Assembly (NCBI GenBank): GCA_951406725.2 | Contig: OX597838.1 | Coordinates: forward strand, 14,074,001 to 14,138,000 | Direction: 5' to 3' | DNA length: 64,000 bases | Origin: Octopus vulgaris | Taxonomy: Eukaryota | Shown here: piece by piece, positions 1 to 12,612 of the stretch | Layout of the letters: every line of letters starts with the position of its first letter | How positions within the stretch are numbered: the stretch's first letter is position 1 | Translations under genes and position numbers: made by a program | The notes under the pieces: generated by a model | What the model saw: only the letters and a program-made list of their open reading frames with translations | Database searches by the model: none | Told to the model about the DNA's origin: nothing

Positions 1-819
1 GTCGATGGAATCGACTTAATCGCTTTGTCTGTCCTTGTTTGTCCCCTCTGTGTTTAGCCCCTTGTGGGTAGTAAAGAAATATATATATTGTTGGCAGTGG
101 GATTCAGCTGATATGCAAGGCTGGTTGCCTGCAACTGAGGAAGTGCAGTACAGTGAAACAGGTGAGGGTTGGTGACAGGAAGGGTGCCTAGCCATATAAA
201 ATCTTTCTCAATAAACTCTGTCAAACCCACTCAAACATGGGAAAAAAAAAGCGGATGTCAAATGATGATGATGATGATGAAAATCAAATCAACATTGCTG
301 CTATTAACATAATGTAGAACTAGGATATAAAAAGAAAATAAGTGTTATAAAAAATGTGTTCAGTAAGAATTTACATAAACAATAAAAAAAATATTGTAAT
401 AAAATGCAGTTAAGTTGGTTTCAGTGGAAAATATTTAGAGGAAAATGTTTTCAGTGAGAAGGAAAGGAAAAAAAATGGAGAGTGTGGGTGGAAAGGCAAA
501 AGTTAAGCTAATGGGAAAGCAAGATATGTCATCTAAATATTTAGTAGCAAAGTAAACTAATTATTGAATGTGCATACCTCTGTGGTTAGAGCCGTTGGGC
601 TTACAGTCATGAGGTCGTGAGTTCAATCCATAGACACCATTCTAAGGCAGACACTGAAGCTCAGTGCATTCCTTGGAATGCATTTCAGATCTGGTCAAAC
701 CATCCAACCCATGCCCGCGTGGAACATGGACATTTGATGATGATGATGTTGTATATGTGTTGAGTGCCATTTTCTTTTGTTTGTTGTCTCACTCATATAA
801 CTATATAAATATCTATCTA

Positions 820-850
<31 letters not shown>

Positions 851-906
851 GCCTGCCTGCCTGTCTGTCTGCCTGCCTGTCTGTCTGTCTGTCTGTCTAT
901 ATACAT

Positions 907-938
<32 letters not shown>

Positions 939-1383
939 CGTAAGTTGATGAACGAGAAGAATCTGTTTCTCCATTTTCTTATTTGTATTATGAATTTACT
1001 GTAAAAATATTTTTTACCTCCACCCATTTAATACAATAAATGAATTAATTGCATTGCAATTAAAAGCATTTATGTATTAAGAATCTGGGTACTTTACCAA
1101 CAGTATATTGGATAACTGATATCCCATAGTGGGTTACACCCATAACCCCTATCTCACTTTGTACTATATATATATATATATCAACATCATCATCATCATT
1201 TAATGTCCTGGAAAAAATCTTGCCCAAGTTGTACTTTGGTATGGAACTTCCTGGATGCAGATCCATGGACTTATGAGAGAGACAGGGGCTCCAGATTAGA
1301 AGCCAAAGCTTCATGGATTATAATTCGGGGGGGTTTTCTTTGCTGATTATGCAAACAATTGTAGAAGAGAAGCAGTGTGGTAT

Positions 1384-1771
1384 TACTCTTTTACTTGTTT
1401 CAGTCATTTGACCGCGGCCATGCTGGAGCACTGCCTTTAGTCAAGCAAATCGACCCCAGGACTTATTCTTTATAAGCCTAGTACTTATTCTATTGGTCTC
1501 TTTTGCCGAACCACTAAGTTACGGGGACGTAAACACACCAGCATCGGTTGTCAAGCGATGTTGGGGGGACAAACACAGACACACAAACAGACATATATAT
1601 ACATATACATATATACGACAGGCTTCTTTCAGTTTCCATCTACCAAATCCACTCACAAGGCTTTGGTCGGTCCGAGGCTATAGTAGAAGACACTTGCCCA
1701 AGGTGCCATGCAGTGGGACTGAACCTGGAACCATGTGGTTGGTAAGCAAGCTACTTACCACACAGCCGCTC
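1384..1771 (-). mobile_element. tRNA-derived SINE family A (internal microsatellite, aaaagagt tail)
   Basis: Head aggagcggctgtgtggtaag (A box) ... ggttcagtcccac (B box). Many copies: 3463-3868, 7790-8160(+), 14040-14224, 15903-16278, 16864-17277, 33125-33600(+), 33753-34175(+), 40590-41070, 48371-48778, 49492-50268, 51454-51713, 63350-63545. Confidence 0.85.
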
Positions 1772-2484
1772 CTAAACACGTTGAAATAGTGATAGTCATC
1801 AAAATTTATTTTGTTTGAGTCTGTCCTTAAGTACTTTCATAGCAATGACACTGCAATAGCCTGCAGGTTCTATCCATCTGTATTTAAAAAAAAATTCTCT
1901 GAAAGCTCCAAACTTCAAGACACAAACCGCAATGATTTAGCAACATAGACATTAGGTTAGAAATGAACACCAGGAAATAACCATTTTATCATTGTTTGTA
2001 TAGAGACGATGGCCTAACTATCTTATGTGACAAGAGAAGACCAAGGGTGGTGAGCTGACAGAATTGTTAGCATGCTGGGCAAAATGCTGCCCTAGAATTT
2101 TGCCCATCTTCATGTTCTATGTTAGAATTCTGCCAAGGTTGATTTTTGTCTTTCATGTAATTGCTTTGGTCCCTCCTTGTGCCAAAATTTGAAATCATTA
2201 TGAGAGGACCGAGGTGTGTGGTGCATTGCTGTACTCAAGAAGACCCACCCACACAACAGAATTGAGATCATAAAACTGAGGTGCCACATAAAAAGCTTTA
2301 GTGTGAGTACCATGTAAAAAGCACCCAGTACACATTGTACAGTGGTTGGTGTTAGGAAGGGCATCGGGCCATAGAAACCAAACAAAAACAGAGTACGGAA
2401 CTTGGTGTGGCCCCCTGGCCTTGCCAGTTCCTGTCAAGCCACCCAGCTCATGCCAGCATGGAAAATGGATATTAAATTTTGAAG

Positions 2485-2487
<3 letters not shown>

Positions 2488-2521
<34 letters not shown>

Positions 2522-3027
2522 CCATGATCTGTGTGTCAACTGCAAGATCTGCATCTGTGTATTTGTGATTGTTGTGATGGTTGTGTTGCTGCTGATGGTG
2601 GTTGTAATAACAATAATGGTAGTGGCAATGACGACGATGATGATGATGATGATGATGATGATGACAATGATGACGATGATGATGATGACGATGATGATGA
2701 CGACGATGATGATGATGATGATGATGACGATGATGATGACAATGATGACGATGGTGATGATGATGACGATGATGATGACGACGATGATGATGACGACGAC
2801 GACGACGACGACGATGATGACGATGATGACGACGATGATGATGACGATGATGATGACGACGATGATGACGATGATGATGATGACGACGATGATGACGATG
2901 ATGATGACGATGATGATGACGACGATGATGATGATGATGATGATGATGATAAAAATGGTGGTGTCAGTGGTGATGGTGGTAATGATGGTGATGATGATGA
3001 TGATGATGATGGTAGTGATGGTGTTGA

Positions 3028-3059
<32 letters not shown>

Positions 3060-3062
3060 ATC
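2488..3062. repeat. (GAT/GAC)n trinucleotide microsatellite just upstream of an ELP4 acceptor
   Basis: Direct reading; explains the poly-D/M/I pseudo-ORFs. Confidence 0.95.
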
Positions 3063-3115
3063 GTTATGTTGCATTTTACATCTGTTTTTGTATTTTTCTT
3101 GGTTTCTTCTTCCAG

Positions 3116-3240
3116 TCCAATCCCACAGCCGTCAAGTTTGGACATTACTATGACCTCAGCCAATATATGGATGAAGATTTGGTGTCCAGTGCCGATGTAA
3201 CATTGATCACTTCACAGCAACTCTCTCAGCAACATTTACA
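3116..3240 (+). CDS. ELP4: ELP4 exon (SNPTAVKFGHYYDLSQYMDEDLV...)
   Basis: ttccag acceptor, FGHYYD motif, ends ca|gtaaca (phase 2) matching the next exon. Confidence 0.88.
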
Positions 3241-3659
3241 GTAACAACAAGATTATTCCCTATTTTTCTGTTCTGTCCTTTCATGTTGTTATGTGTGGGG
3301 AAAAGTGATTTACAATAATAAGTTGCATTCATTATTCTGCCCTGTTTCATTGTTTCATGTTAGGTATGTGTGTGGGTAGACTGGATCTATAAATTTACAG
3401 TAACAACAAAATTCATTATTTGCCTTCTATTCTACTGCTTCGTTTGTGTGGGTTTGTTGGCTCTCTTTTACTCGTTTCAGTCATTTGACTGCGGCCATGC
3501 TGGAGCACCGCCTTTAATCGAGCAACTCGACCCCGGGACCTATTCTTTTGTAAGCCCAGTACTTATTCTATCGGTCTCTTTTGCCGAACCGCTAAGTAAC
3601 GGGGACATAAACACACCAGCATCGGTTGTCAAGCAATGCTAGGGGGACAAACACACACA

Positions 3660-3705
<46 letters not shown>

Positions 3706-6700
3706 TATGACGGGCTTCTTTCAGTTTCCGTCTACCAAATCCACTCGCAAGGCTTTGGTCGGCCCGAGGCTATAGTAGAAGACACTTGCTCAAGGTGCCA
3801 TGCAGTGTGACTGAACCTGGAACCATGTGGTTGGTAAACAAGCTACTTACCACACAGCCACTCCTGCGCTCTGTAAATTTATGATAACAACCTTGGCAGG
3901 GGTTGTGTTTATCTGTGATATTTTGCAGTTGGAAGTTTGTTAAGGCTGTTAGTGTACCCATAATGTGTGGATTGAAAGACTCAGCAGGGTGTCTACCAAA
4001 ATACCTCAGGGTATTTAGTTGTGTTCGTTTATGTTCTTGAGTTCAAATCTCATCCAAGTTGACTTTGTCTTTGCCACTTTCATGCTCATTTGTATAAATT
4101 AGAAGCATGGTACTTGTCACTAAGTCCTACTCACTCACAAGTGACAGCTGCCTCTAGTGAATCTAAAATTACATTATCCACTTTATTTACACACTGTGTA
4201 TCTAGAACTATTCTATTTAATGAGTTCTTTTGCCTGTCTTTTATTCAAGCATAATGTATCTAGGACTACTTTATTCAATGTGTCCTTTTACCTATGCTTG
4301 TTCAGAACTGACCTTGGGTTAAATAACAATGCAGTAAATTATCTAGTCTGGTTCCTCATTAACACATTGGTAATTGCTTAATTACAATTTAATTAAAGCA
4401 GTTTCCTTCTACTATTTACTCCTAATTTGACTTGTTTATTTTCTGGTATTTTTCAGTGAGGAACCACCAGGTATTGAACCTACAAACCTTGAGATGTCAG
4501 CCTGTCTACAGAGTCTTCTCTTAAATATTCAACAACACATCCAAGATGGTCAGTTTGGTACTCAGGACCAACCTGAGAAGCACAATGTCCTAAGAATAGG
4601 TGACTATAACAGATTATCTTCCCTCATTCTGTGACTATAAGAGATTATTCTCTCATTGTGTGACTATAACAGGGTATCTCCTCACCTTACATGACTATAA
4701 CAGACTATCATTGTGTGACTACAGCCAGGTATGGCAAGGCGGCGAGCTGGCAGAAACGTTAGCACGCCGGGCGAAATGCGTAGCCGTATTTCGTCTGTCG
4801 TTACGTTCTGAGTTCAAATTCCGCCGAGGTCGACTTTGCCTTTCATCCTTTCGGGGTCGATAAATTAAGTACCAGTTACGCACTGGGGTCGATGTCTGTC
4901 ATTGTTTGTCCCCTCTGTGTTTAGCCCCTTGTGGGTAGTAAAGAAATAATTGTGTGATTATAAAAGATATCCTTTCAAAGTTCTGCTGGGGTCAGGGCTG
5001 ATGTGGGGATAAGCATCCTCCTCCTCCTCATCATCATCATCATCATTATCATCCAGTTGCACTGCTTGTACAGATTCCTGGGACTTTCTCTCACCATCCA
5101 ATTCTGTTGTTCATCATATTCAGCTGGTCAGAGGGATTGCAGTTTGCATCATTAAAAATCTGCTGGGTATAGGTCTTGGTTTGTCATCCCCTGCTAGCTC
5201 TTCCTTGTGTAGGCTCCCGCAAAAGAACTTCACCAACAACTTTGTCTTTAGCTTTACAGCAATGCCCTGTGAATCTGACTCTACACACCATGATGATGTC
5301 TGATACCGGACAAAGGTTTCCTACATTCGCTCATTGGTCAAACAATCTCTCCAAGTGACATTCAAAGCCAGTCTTAGCATGCAAGCTTAGGCTTCATCCA
5401 ATCTTCTTTCCAGTTTTGAGGTAAGGGTCCACACCAAGCATCCATGCAATAGAATAGAAATAGCAGTTGCTTGAAAGCAGCCCCTTTCCATGTTGTCTGG
5501 TAGTCTAGATTTCCACAACAGTGATAGCTTGTTGACGGTACCCTAGGCCTTACCAATGTGTGTGTTTACATTGCTTTTGCAACTAGAGATTTTAATACCC
5601 AAATAAGTAAATTCGGATTTTTTCCGTTTGGCCACACCTGTGGAAATTTTTAACTTTAGTGAAAATTAAAAAATTTGGTGTGTTGATGTAATTTATCATG
5701 CTGAATCTCAGGAGATAATTGACTTTTTCCAAAAAAAACTTTTTTAATCTTTTTCCAGCAATCCCATCTTTGGGTTCTCCACTCTGGGGCAATTTAAAGA
5801 CAAGTGAATCAGATGGTTTACTGTCTATTGTTGATACTGACCTTCTGCGCTTCCTACTTGCTTTAAGGGCCATTCTAAGATCATCCTTTGCTGTGTGTAT
5901 GGTAACTGTACCTTCACTCATTATGGAGGTAAGTTAAGGACATTACACTTCCTAACAAAATTTTAATTTGTTTTCTTGTTTTTGGTCAGTAAGTGTTATT
6001 CTTATTTGTTTCCATCTAGAAATCAAAGGAAATGATTCCCTTCAAACTATGCTTCTGTGACCTGAACATCAATGTTTTCAAACTGATTTCTTTCCCATTA
6101 CATTTCAGATCGATTCAGTGCCAAGTTGCTGAAGCAGGAATATTGTTATAACAAATATTCTGCTCAATATCACAGATTTGCTTGTCAGTTGCTTGATCAT
6201 AACCACTTGAGCATATCCCTTAGTGGCTGACAATATGCGCATCTCTGATGATGAGCAGGAGTAGCTAAGGTGCATCATAGCCGTGTGTTGAGAGGGATTC
6301 TCTGGGGTTTGGAATAAATGTAAGAAAAGCAAAGTTTGAAGGAAATATTAGCCATTTTTTACATTTTCTAGGGGAAAGCAAATAGGAAATAGCAGTTGCT
6401 ATCCAAGGACAAAAATTGTATTACACAATGTTATGAGTGATAGTTAAGGCTACTTTCTGCTTCTTTCCCATGGAAATGAATTACGGACAGATTCTACATT
6501 CATTCATTATAGAGTTAAGTTAAAACTTTCTAACTTCATTCATCACAGAGGAGACAGGACACATTAATCTATCAGGTCATCCCATAAGTTTTGTTCAAAT
6601 TTTAAATAAAGAAAACAAGTGATCAAATGTTATATTTAATTGAAATTTAATCATCAATCTACTTTCCCTGATTATCTATGACTTCCTTCCATCTATTTAC

Positions 6701-9116
6701 AAGCTTTTTAATCCCATCAATGTAAAACTCTTTTGGTTTCAAAGTGAAGAGCTCTGAAATGTCAGTTTCGACCTCCTCTTGGCTTGCGAAAGTTATGTCC
6801 CCCAAACAATTCACTAAAGCAGGTCTTTTTTTCTTCAAATCGGACAGAACTTATGGGATGACCTGATACTTTAGACACCTCTCAACACCTCTCTATATAA
6901 ATTCATCAACATATCTAATGCCAACTGTATTATGATAATTATCTAATCTTAAGCAAGACTCACCACTCTGTACAAATGTATCAACATATCTAATACCATC
7001 AGTATTATGATAATGAATGCATTTAACCTTAGACAAGGCACACCACTCTACTCTATGTCAATATATCTAACACCATTATCATGATGACAACTGAAGTGTT
7101 AAACCTTAGGCAAGATACACCATTCTGTTTAGATACATCTACATGTTTCACCTGATGTCATTATAATCCTAAAATGTTAATCAAACAAAAACTTCATTTT
7201 CCACAGGATGCTAATTTTATCCACAAAATTGAACGACTCTGTGATACTGTTGTGCATTTGGAGAGTTTTGCTGGTTCCAGCCGCAGCGAGAACCCTTTGT
7301 ATAAAGAATATCATGGTTTGTATCCAAAGAATATCATCTTCACCTCTCATCCACACACACACACACACACATACACATGCACACACTTACATCAAGAAAA
7401 ATTTCATGCAGTCACTTGACCAATCTGCCCAAATAACCCTCTAGTTAAATAACACATTCACTATTGTGTTGTTTATGGTGTATGTGGTTAAGAGCATGGG
7501 CTGTTAACCCCAAGATTCTGAGTTCAATTCCAGGCAGTGACCTGAACAACAACAACTACAGCAACTGCCGCCACCACCACCACCTTAGGGATGAGAGTTC
7601 CTGTCAAGCCAGAATAAGTACTAGGCTTACAAAGAATAAGTCCTGGGGTCGATTTGCTCGACTAAAGGTGGTGCTCCAGCATGGCCACAGTCAAATGACT
7701 GAAACAAGTAAAAAAGTAAAAGAAAAAAAAAGTAACACATTTTGTGTGATGCTCTTCTGATTCTGGCACCCATTATCCTTCTTGGAGTCAGTGGTAAGTA
7801 GCTTGTTTACCAACCACATGGTTCTGGGTTCAGTCCTACTGCGTGGCACCTTGGGCAAGTGTCTTCTGCTATAGCCTCGGGCCAACCAAAGCCTTGTGAG
7901 TGGATTTGGTAGACGGAAACTGAAAGAAGCCCGTCATATATATGTATATATATATGTGTGTGTGTATATGTTTGTGTGTCTGTGTTTGTCCCCCTAGCAT
8001 TGCTTGACAACCGATGCTGGTGTGTTTACGTCCCCGTAACTTAGCGGTTCGGCAAAAGAGACCAATAGAATAAGTACTAGGTGTCTAAAGAATAAGTCTT
8101 GGCAAATTAAAGGTGGTGCTCCAGCATGGCCACAGTCAAATGACTGAAACAAGTAAAAAAAAGTAAAACACAAAAAAAAGTAAGACATTTTGTGTGATGC
8201 TCTTCTGATGCTGTCATCCATTATCCTTCTTGGAGTCAATAAATGAAATACCACAATAGTCTATATTGCTATCTCCTAATGCTTTTCTCCATGTCTTCTT
8301 GCAGGTTTGTTCCATGTTAAGCAATTACCAAAATTAAATGCAATCAAGTGTCAGATGCCAGACACTACAGACTGGGCTTTTAAACTGAGACGTAAGAAGT
8401 TTGTGATTGAGGTAAGAGACTTGCAGCCTTGTTCTACTTGTCTGTCTTTGTTACACTGCAGGTACTTTCTATTTCTTTACTACCCACAAGGGGCTAAACA
8501 CAGAGGGGGGGGACGAACAAGGACAGACAAACAGATTAAGTCGATTATATCGATCCCCAGTGCATAACTGGTACTTATTTAATCGACCCCGAAAGGATGA
8601 AAGGCAAAGTCGACCTCGGCGGAATTTGAACTCAGGACGTAGTGACAGACGAAATACCTATTTCTTTACTACCCACAAGGGGCTAAACACAGAGAGGACA
8701 AACAAGGACAGACAAACGGATTAAGTCGATTACTTTGACCCAGTGTGTAACTGGTACTTAATTTATCGACCCCGAAAGGATGAAAGGCAAAGTCAACCTC
8801 GGCGGAATTTGAACTCAGAACGTAACGGCAGACGAAATACGGCTAAGCATTTCACCCGGCGTGTTACCGTTTCCGCCAGCTCGCCGCCTTGAAGGATGCG
8901 TATATTGAGTTCTACATGAGGTTATTAGTCTCATAATGCTTAGGTGAAATATTAAAACGTTCATCTTTTTACCATATTTGTCAATTACAATATCTTTTTT
9001 TTATTTTTTAGAAACTGCATTTGCCACCAGATCTCTCTGAAACCGTAAGCCGATCAGAAAGCCGACCTGGAACTATGGGATGTGGTAGCACTGGACATCG
9101 ACATCTTGACTTCTAA
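3116..9116 (+). CDS. ELP4: Elongator complex protein 4, 3' part of spliced gene (6 exons; 5' exons upstream of window)
   Basis: Joined exons 3116-3240, 4457-4599, 5759-5928, 7207-7315, 8305-8411, 9012-9116 are phase-consistent with GT-AG introns. They give ...KFGHYYDLS...NVLRIAIPSLGSPLWG...LRAILRSS...VHLESFAGS...NPLYKEYHGLFHVKQLPKLN...[28 protein letters not shown]...[12 protein letters not shown], the characteristic ELP4 motifs and C-terminus. Confidence 0.96.
4457..4599 (+). CDS. ELP4: ELP4 exon (EEPPGIEPT...EKHNVLRI)
   Basis: tttcag acceptor, open frame, NVLRI motif, g|gtgact donor. Confidence 0.9.
4736..4948 (+). mobile_element. tRNA-derived SINE family B (central domain resembling Deu/Nin domain)
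   Basis: Head ggcggcgagctggcagaaacgttagc...gagttcaaattccgcc, then gcctttcatcctttcggggtcgataaattaagtacc. Other copies: 1-80, 8462-8890, 14330-14536, 15093-15512, 26808-27175, 39549-39765, 39965-40183, 44323-44928, 46010-46282, 47537-47960, 63707-63935. Confidence 0.8.
5050..5520 (-). mobile_element. Degenerate RTE-like LINE remnant
   Basis: Broken minus-strand motifs LYGCLVWTLTSKLERRLD and LNVTW, with a (gat)n-like tail at ~5020-5050. Confidence 0.5.
5759..5928 (+). CDS. ELP4: ELP4 exon (AIPSLGSPLWG...VTVPSLIME)
   Basis: ttccag acceptor, LGSPLWG motif, gag|gtaagt donor. Confidence 0.95.
6572..6866 (-). mobile_element. Internally deleted mariner (Tc1/mariner) element / MITE
   Basis: TIRs tcaggtcatcccataagtt / aacttatgggatgacctga with TA target duplications; minus strand encodes a transposase C-terminal remnant (FASQEEVETDISELFTLKPKEFYIDGIKKLVNRWKEVIDNQG). 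Confidence 0.85.
7207..7315 (+). CDS. ELP4: ELP4 exon (DANFIHKIERLCDTVVHLESFAGS...YKEYH)
   Basis: ccacag acceptor, LESFAGS and NPLYKEYHG motifs, g|gtttgt donor. Confidence 0.95.
8305..8411 (+). CDS. ELP4: ELP4 exon (GLFHVKQLPKLN...[12 protein letters not shown])
   Basis: ttgcag acceptor, AFKLRRKKF motif, gag|gtaaga donor. Confidence 0.95.
9012..9116 (+). CDS. ELP4: ELP4 terminal coding exon ([14 protein letters not shown]...HLDF*)
   Basis: ttttag acceptor, LHLPP and terminal LDF* motifs, TAA at 9114-9116. Confidence 0.95.
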   Translation, partial: [34 protein letters not shown]

Positions 9117-10495
9117 AATTTGATTGTTCAGGAAGATGGTTATGGAAACGGCTACTGGTTGTTTGTTGTGATGATGATGATGGCCATAACGTTGACTGTA
9201 GTCCAGAAGGTTCTCTCACCTACTCCACCGTTATCTCTTTATTGTCAACACCGGCGCTATATTATGGCCAATACACTAATATCAGCTCAGTATCAAGGCT
9301 AGATTTGGTATAACGATCTTGGGGGTAGCCTTTTATATAATTCCAAATGTAATCGAGATGTCAGAATTGTCTCCCTTGCCTCTTACATCTCTCTATTAAT
9401 TCTGTTCAGCGCTTTTTTCAGTAAAGGGAGAGAATTAAGTGAAAATTTTCTTCCCCCTCATGTTAAGTGTATTAGTTGGCTGATCAGAGTGTATCGATAC
9501 GAAGGGATCTTGTTTTGTGGGCAGCATTATTTCTAAATATATAAGAAAGAACAGGTCAGTGAAATGTGTCTTCTATAAATATGACATTGGATCTTTTCCT
9601 TTTGAACGGCAGTTTTCAGCACAATTTCTAGTTAACTAAATACTTTTAAACTTCGTATACTGGTAGAATACTCTTTACTCTTTTACTTGTTTCAGTCATT
9701 TGACTGCGGCCATGCTGGAGCACCCGCCTTTAGAATGTGTCAAAATAAAATATTTTTTTCTCTTGGCTTTCTCGAGAAAATTGTAATTTGTAAGTTTAAC
9801 GTAGTTTAATTTTTCGAATTTTAACCAATTTTAACCCCAGCATGGCCACAGCTCATTAGCTGAAACTAGAAAAATCAAAATCAAAATCAATCCTATGCCC
9901 TCTATTGAGCTAAAATCATTTGTTTCGTCTAAAACTGAGTCAACATCCTGTCACTAACCAAAATGATATATTCATGTGTGTGTGTGTGCATTTAAGGACC
10001 AATTGGTGAATCTCATGTGGTCAGCAACAACATATACACATACTCTAGTGTACTTTCTCTAACACAACAGTTTCTAAGTAGAACGCTGATGCTACTGTGC
10101 TGGAAACATTCACTGTCAATCATTCACCAACAGCAAATTATTGGTTGGCAAATTCACCTGCATCCTAAATGGTCATCTACCAATTAGCACATAACTGACC
10201 AATTGCAAATTATTAATTAGTATCATGATTCCAGTCAAGGGTTTAAATAATTACAAAGAATAAATTATCTATTACCCATATAATTTATTTTAAAAACCTG
10301 AAAACATTGATAAAACTTTGAAAGGATTTGTGAAACCGAGATGTTGTGATCTAAGTCTCGTAAATAGGGGATAAGAGACTCATAGATCACAACAGACTGA
10401 TTTATTTTCTCATCACTGTTGCAATGTTTTTATTTTTTTAAGAGGAGATCCTTGCTAAATAGTGAATTGTTGTCACTGATCTGTGCTTTATTGAT

Positions 10496-10536
<41 letters not shown>

Positions 10537-10808
10537 TAAATGAAATAAAACATATGCATATATATAAACATATATGTACGTGCCTACCTCTACATGTACA
10601 TATACACGCATATATGAGTACAGGACACCAAAGGGACGTCGAACACAAAGAGAAACGAAAACATAGACACAAACCAAAGGAACTGGACATTTTTTTAAAC
10701 AACAAAAACATAGAGTACAGGACAATTAACACAACGAAAAAAACCCTTCTTCAGTCGCTAAGGTTTCATCTACTCTACGTTTCGATATATATATATACAT
10801 ATATATAT

Positions 10809-10948
10809 ATACTAAGCAATAAAGGGTTTGGCAACGAATTGCCTTACCACATACCGAATTTAGAAATAGCAGTCAAAGAGTTATAGCTATTTCTAAATTC
10901 GGTATGTGGTAAGGCAATTCGTTGCCAAACCCTTTATTGCTTAGTATT
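10809..10948. repeat. Near-perfect inverted repeat (~62-bp arms, short spacer) next to (TA)n
   Basis: atactaagcaataaagggtttggcaacgaattgccttaccacataccgaatttagaaatagc followed by its reverse complement. Confidence 0.85.
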
Positions 10949-11072
10949 ACTTAAATTTTCCTCGAATGAGGCTTTTACATGCCGAAGACTACTTGGTGTA
11001 ATTGATAATTATTCCAAATTAATTAATTTCACCCTTCATTATTACGGATAACCATATATATATATATATATA

Positions 11073-11407
11073 TTACGGAGATGTACTTGCATAGCAAGTG
11101 ACCTGATCTGAGATCGTGTACTGGAACGAAAACAATTGCAGCGTGGAATGTGGTTATAAGCCATTTAAGAAACACACAAAAACCGTTAGATTCACTTCAA
11201 CATTTAAATTTAATTTGTCGAAATATTTTCGTCGCTTTGAGACCGCGACCTGTTCACTGACAAAAGATGCAGCACAGAATTTTATCAGTGAACAGGTCAC
11301 GGTCTCGAAGTGACGAAAATATTTTGGCAAATTAAATTTAAATGTTGAAGGGAATCTAACGGTTTTTGTGTGTTTCTTAAATGGCTTATAAACACCTTCC
11401 ACGCTGC

Positions 11408-11410
<3 letters not shown>
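11073..11410. mobile_element. Palindromic non-autonomous element (putative Penelope-like pLTR derivative, G3-C8 hammerhead family)
   Basis: Inverted arms around ~11270, flanked by (TA)n; terminus ttacggagatgtacttgcatagcaagtga; other copies at ~13338-13620, 14860-15065, 31510-31735, 31780-32173. Confidence 0.75.
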
Positions 11411-11442
<32 letters not shown>

Positions 11443-11447
<5 letters not shown>

Positions 11448-12100
11448 CTGTAAATGTAATATGTGACACTTATTCGGTAGCCATGATAAAGCTCCGAGTT
11501 TCAGATGTCGTGGTGGAAATCTACGCCGCCATCTCTTCAGTTATCCGGCCATCGGAAAAAATGCTATGAAAATGACCGTTAAACAAAGAGCTATTTGAAT
11601 GACCGCTAAGTGAATGCGCATGTGTGTGTGGGGAAGGATTGTATATATATATATATATATTTTTGCGAATGGTGTGGGTGAGAATGTGTACGTTTCAAGT
11701 GAGGGTGGATGAGTGTATACTTTTAGGCGCATGTACATGGGTGTGCAGGTGCGCATGTGTAGGTATGGACATGCACACTTATGCGAATACTATGTACATT
11801 TTTACCCCCTTACTTTTACTCCCTACCCTCACTTAGCGGTCATTCAAATAGCTCTTTTGTCTTAATAACGGTCAATCACACAGTAATTTCCCTTTGTATA
11901 ACGGTCATTTTTCATAGCATTTTTCCGATGGCCGGATAACTGAAGAAATGGCGGCGTGGATTTCCACCTCAGCATTCGAAACTCGGAGTTTTATCATGGC
12001 TACTGAATAATTGTCACATATTACATTTACAGATAAATTCCTCTATTCACATAATATCGAGGTCTCTTTCATTCTTTTGTTGTCTTACCATTTCTGTCAA
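11443..12100. mobile_element. Inverted-repeat element carrying hammerhead motifs (second family)
   Basis: Arms ~11445-11610 and ~11830-12035 are reverse complements; flanked by (TA)n. Confidence 0.7.
11931..12000 (+). ncRNA. Type I hammerhead ribozyme in the right arm of an inverted-repeat element
   Basis: gcc.gataa CTGAAGA aatg...catt c GAAA ct-cgg-ag TT ttatc..ggc; one extra nucleotide before GAAA; the mirror copy at 11480-11549 (-) has GATG/CATC covariation but U16.1 changed to C. Confidence 0.7.
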
Positions 12101-12149
12101 TATATATATATATGAATAAATATATATATATATATGAATAACTAAATAT

Positions 12150-12612
12150 ATATATATGAATAAATAAATAATTGGAGTTGAATGAAGATGTTAATAAAAT
12201 TCCTTTACTTTCGACATATGTTTCGAAGACAACATAGTTTTATTCCAAAGGAATAAATGCTGTAAGATGCAGTCTTCTCAGTCATCGTAATTATTATATT
12301 GTCTTGTTGGTGAGAGAGGCTCCCTTTCTTTCCTGATGAGAAGATTGCATCTTACACCGTTTATTCCTTTGGAATAAAACCATGTTGTCTTCGAAACATA
12401 TGTCGAAAGTAAAGGAATTTTAACATCTTTGTTCAACTCCATTTATTTATTTATTCATATATAACACACAAATTTTTGCACATGAACCCGGAGTTTCTAC
12501 CTTTGGACAGATCGCTTCAACCATATTTCTGACGTGAATTTGCTACCCTGGTATCGGTTCATCGAATTTTCCATGATGATGGAAAACATAGGATAATTTG
12601 TTCACCCATCGA
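12150..12612 (+). mobile_element. Inverted-repeat element carrying a hammerhead (third family)
   Basis: Arms ~12155-12280 and ~12337-12460 are reverse complements; right arm continues ~150 nt to a (TA)n tract. Confidence 0.7.
12323..12415 (+). ncRNA. Type I hammerhead ribozyme, canonical core (Penelope-like-element type)
   Basis: Stem I ccttt-ctttc/gaaag-t-aaagg; CTGATGA 12333-12339; stem II gaaga...tcttc; GAAA; palindromic helix III ACATATGT; GUC cleavage triplet ending 12404. Confidence 0.88.

Noticed and set aside
1493-1789. Recurring ORFs such as LLSVSVYQIHSQGFG / [15 protein letters not shown] found many times
   Set aside because: Spurious translations of SINE family A.
2198-3244. Long ORFs (321, 284, 237 aa) of poly-I/M/D
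   Set aside because: Translations of a (GAT)n microsatellite; only 3116-3240 is a real ELP4 exon.
10300-11000. Hammerhead-like fragments (ttgataa...gaaaccgag near 10306-10345; cgaaacgtag at ~10775-10785(-); gaatgaggc...gccgaag near 10964-10990)
   Set aside because: Too many core deviations or truncated by (TA)n; cannot be supported individually.
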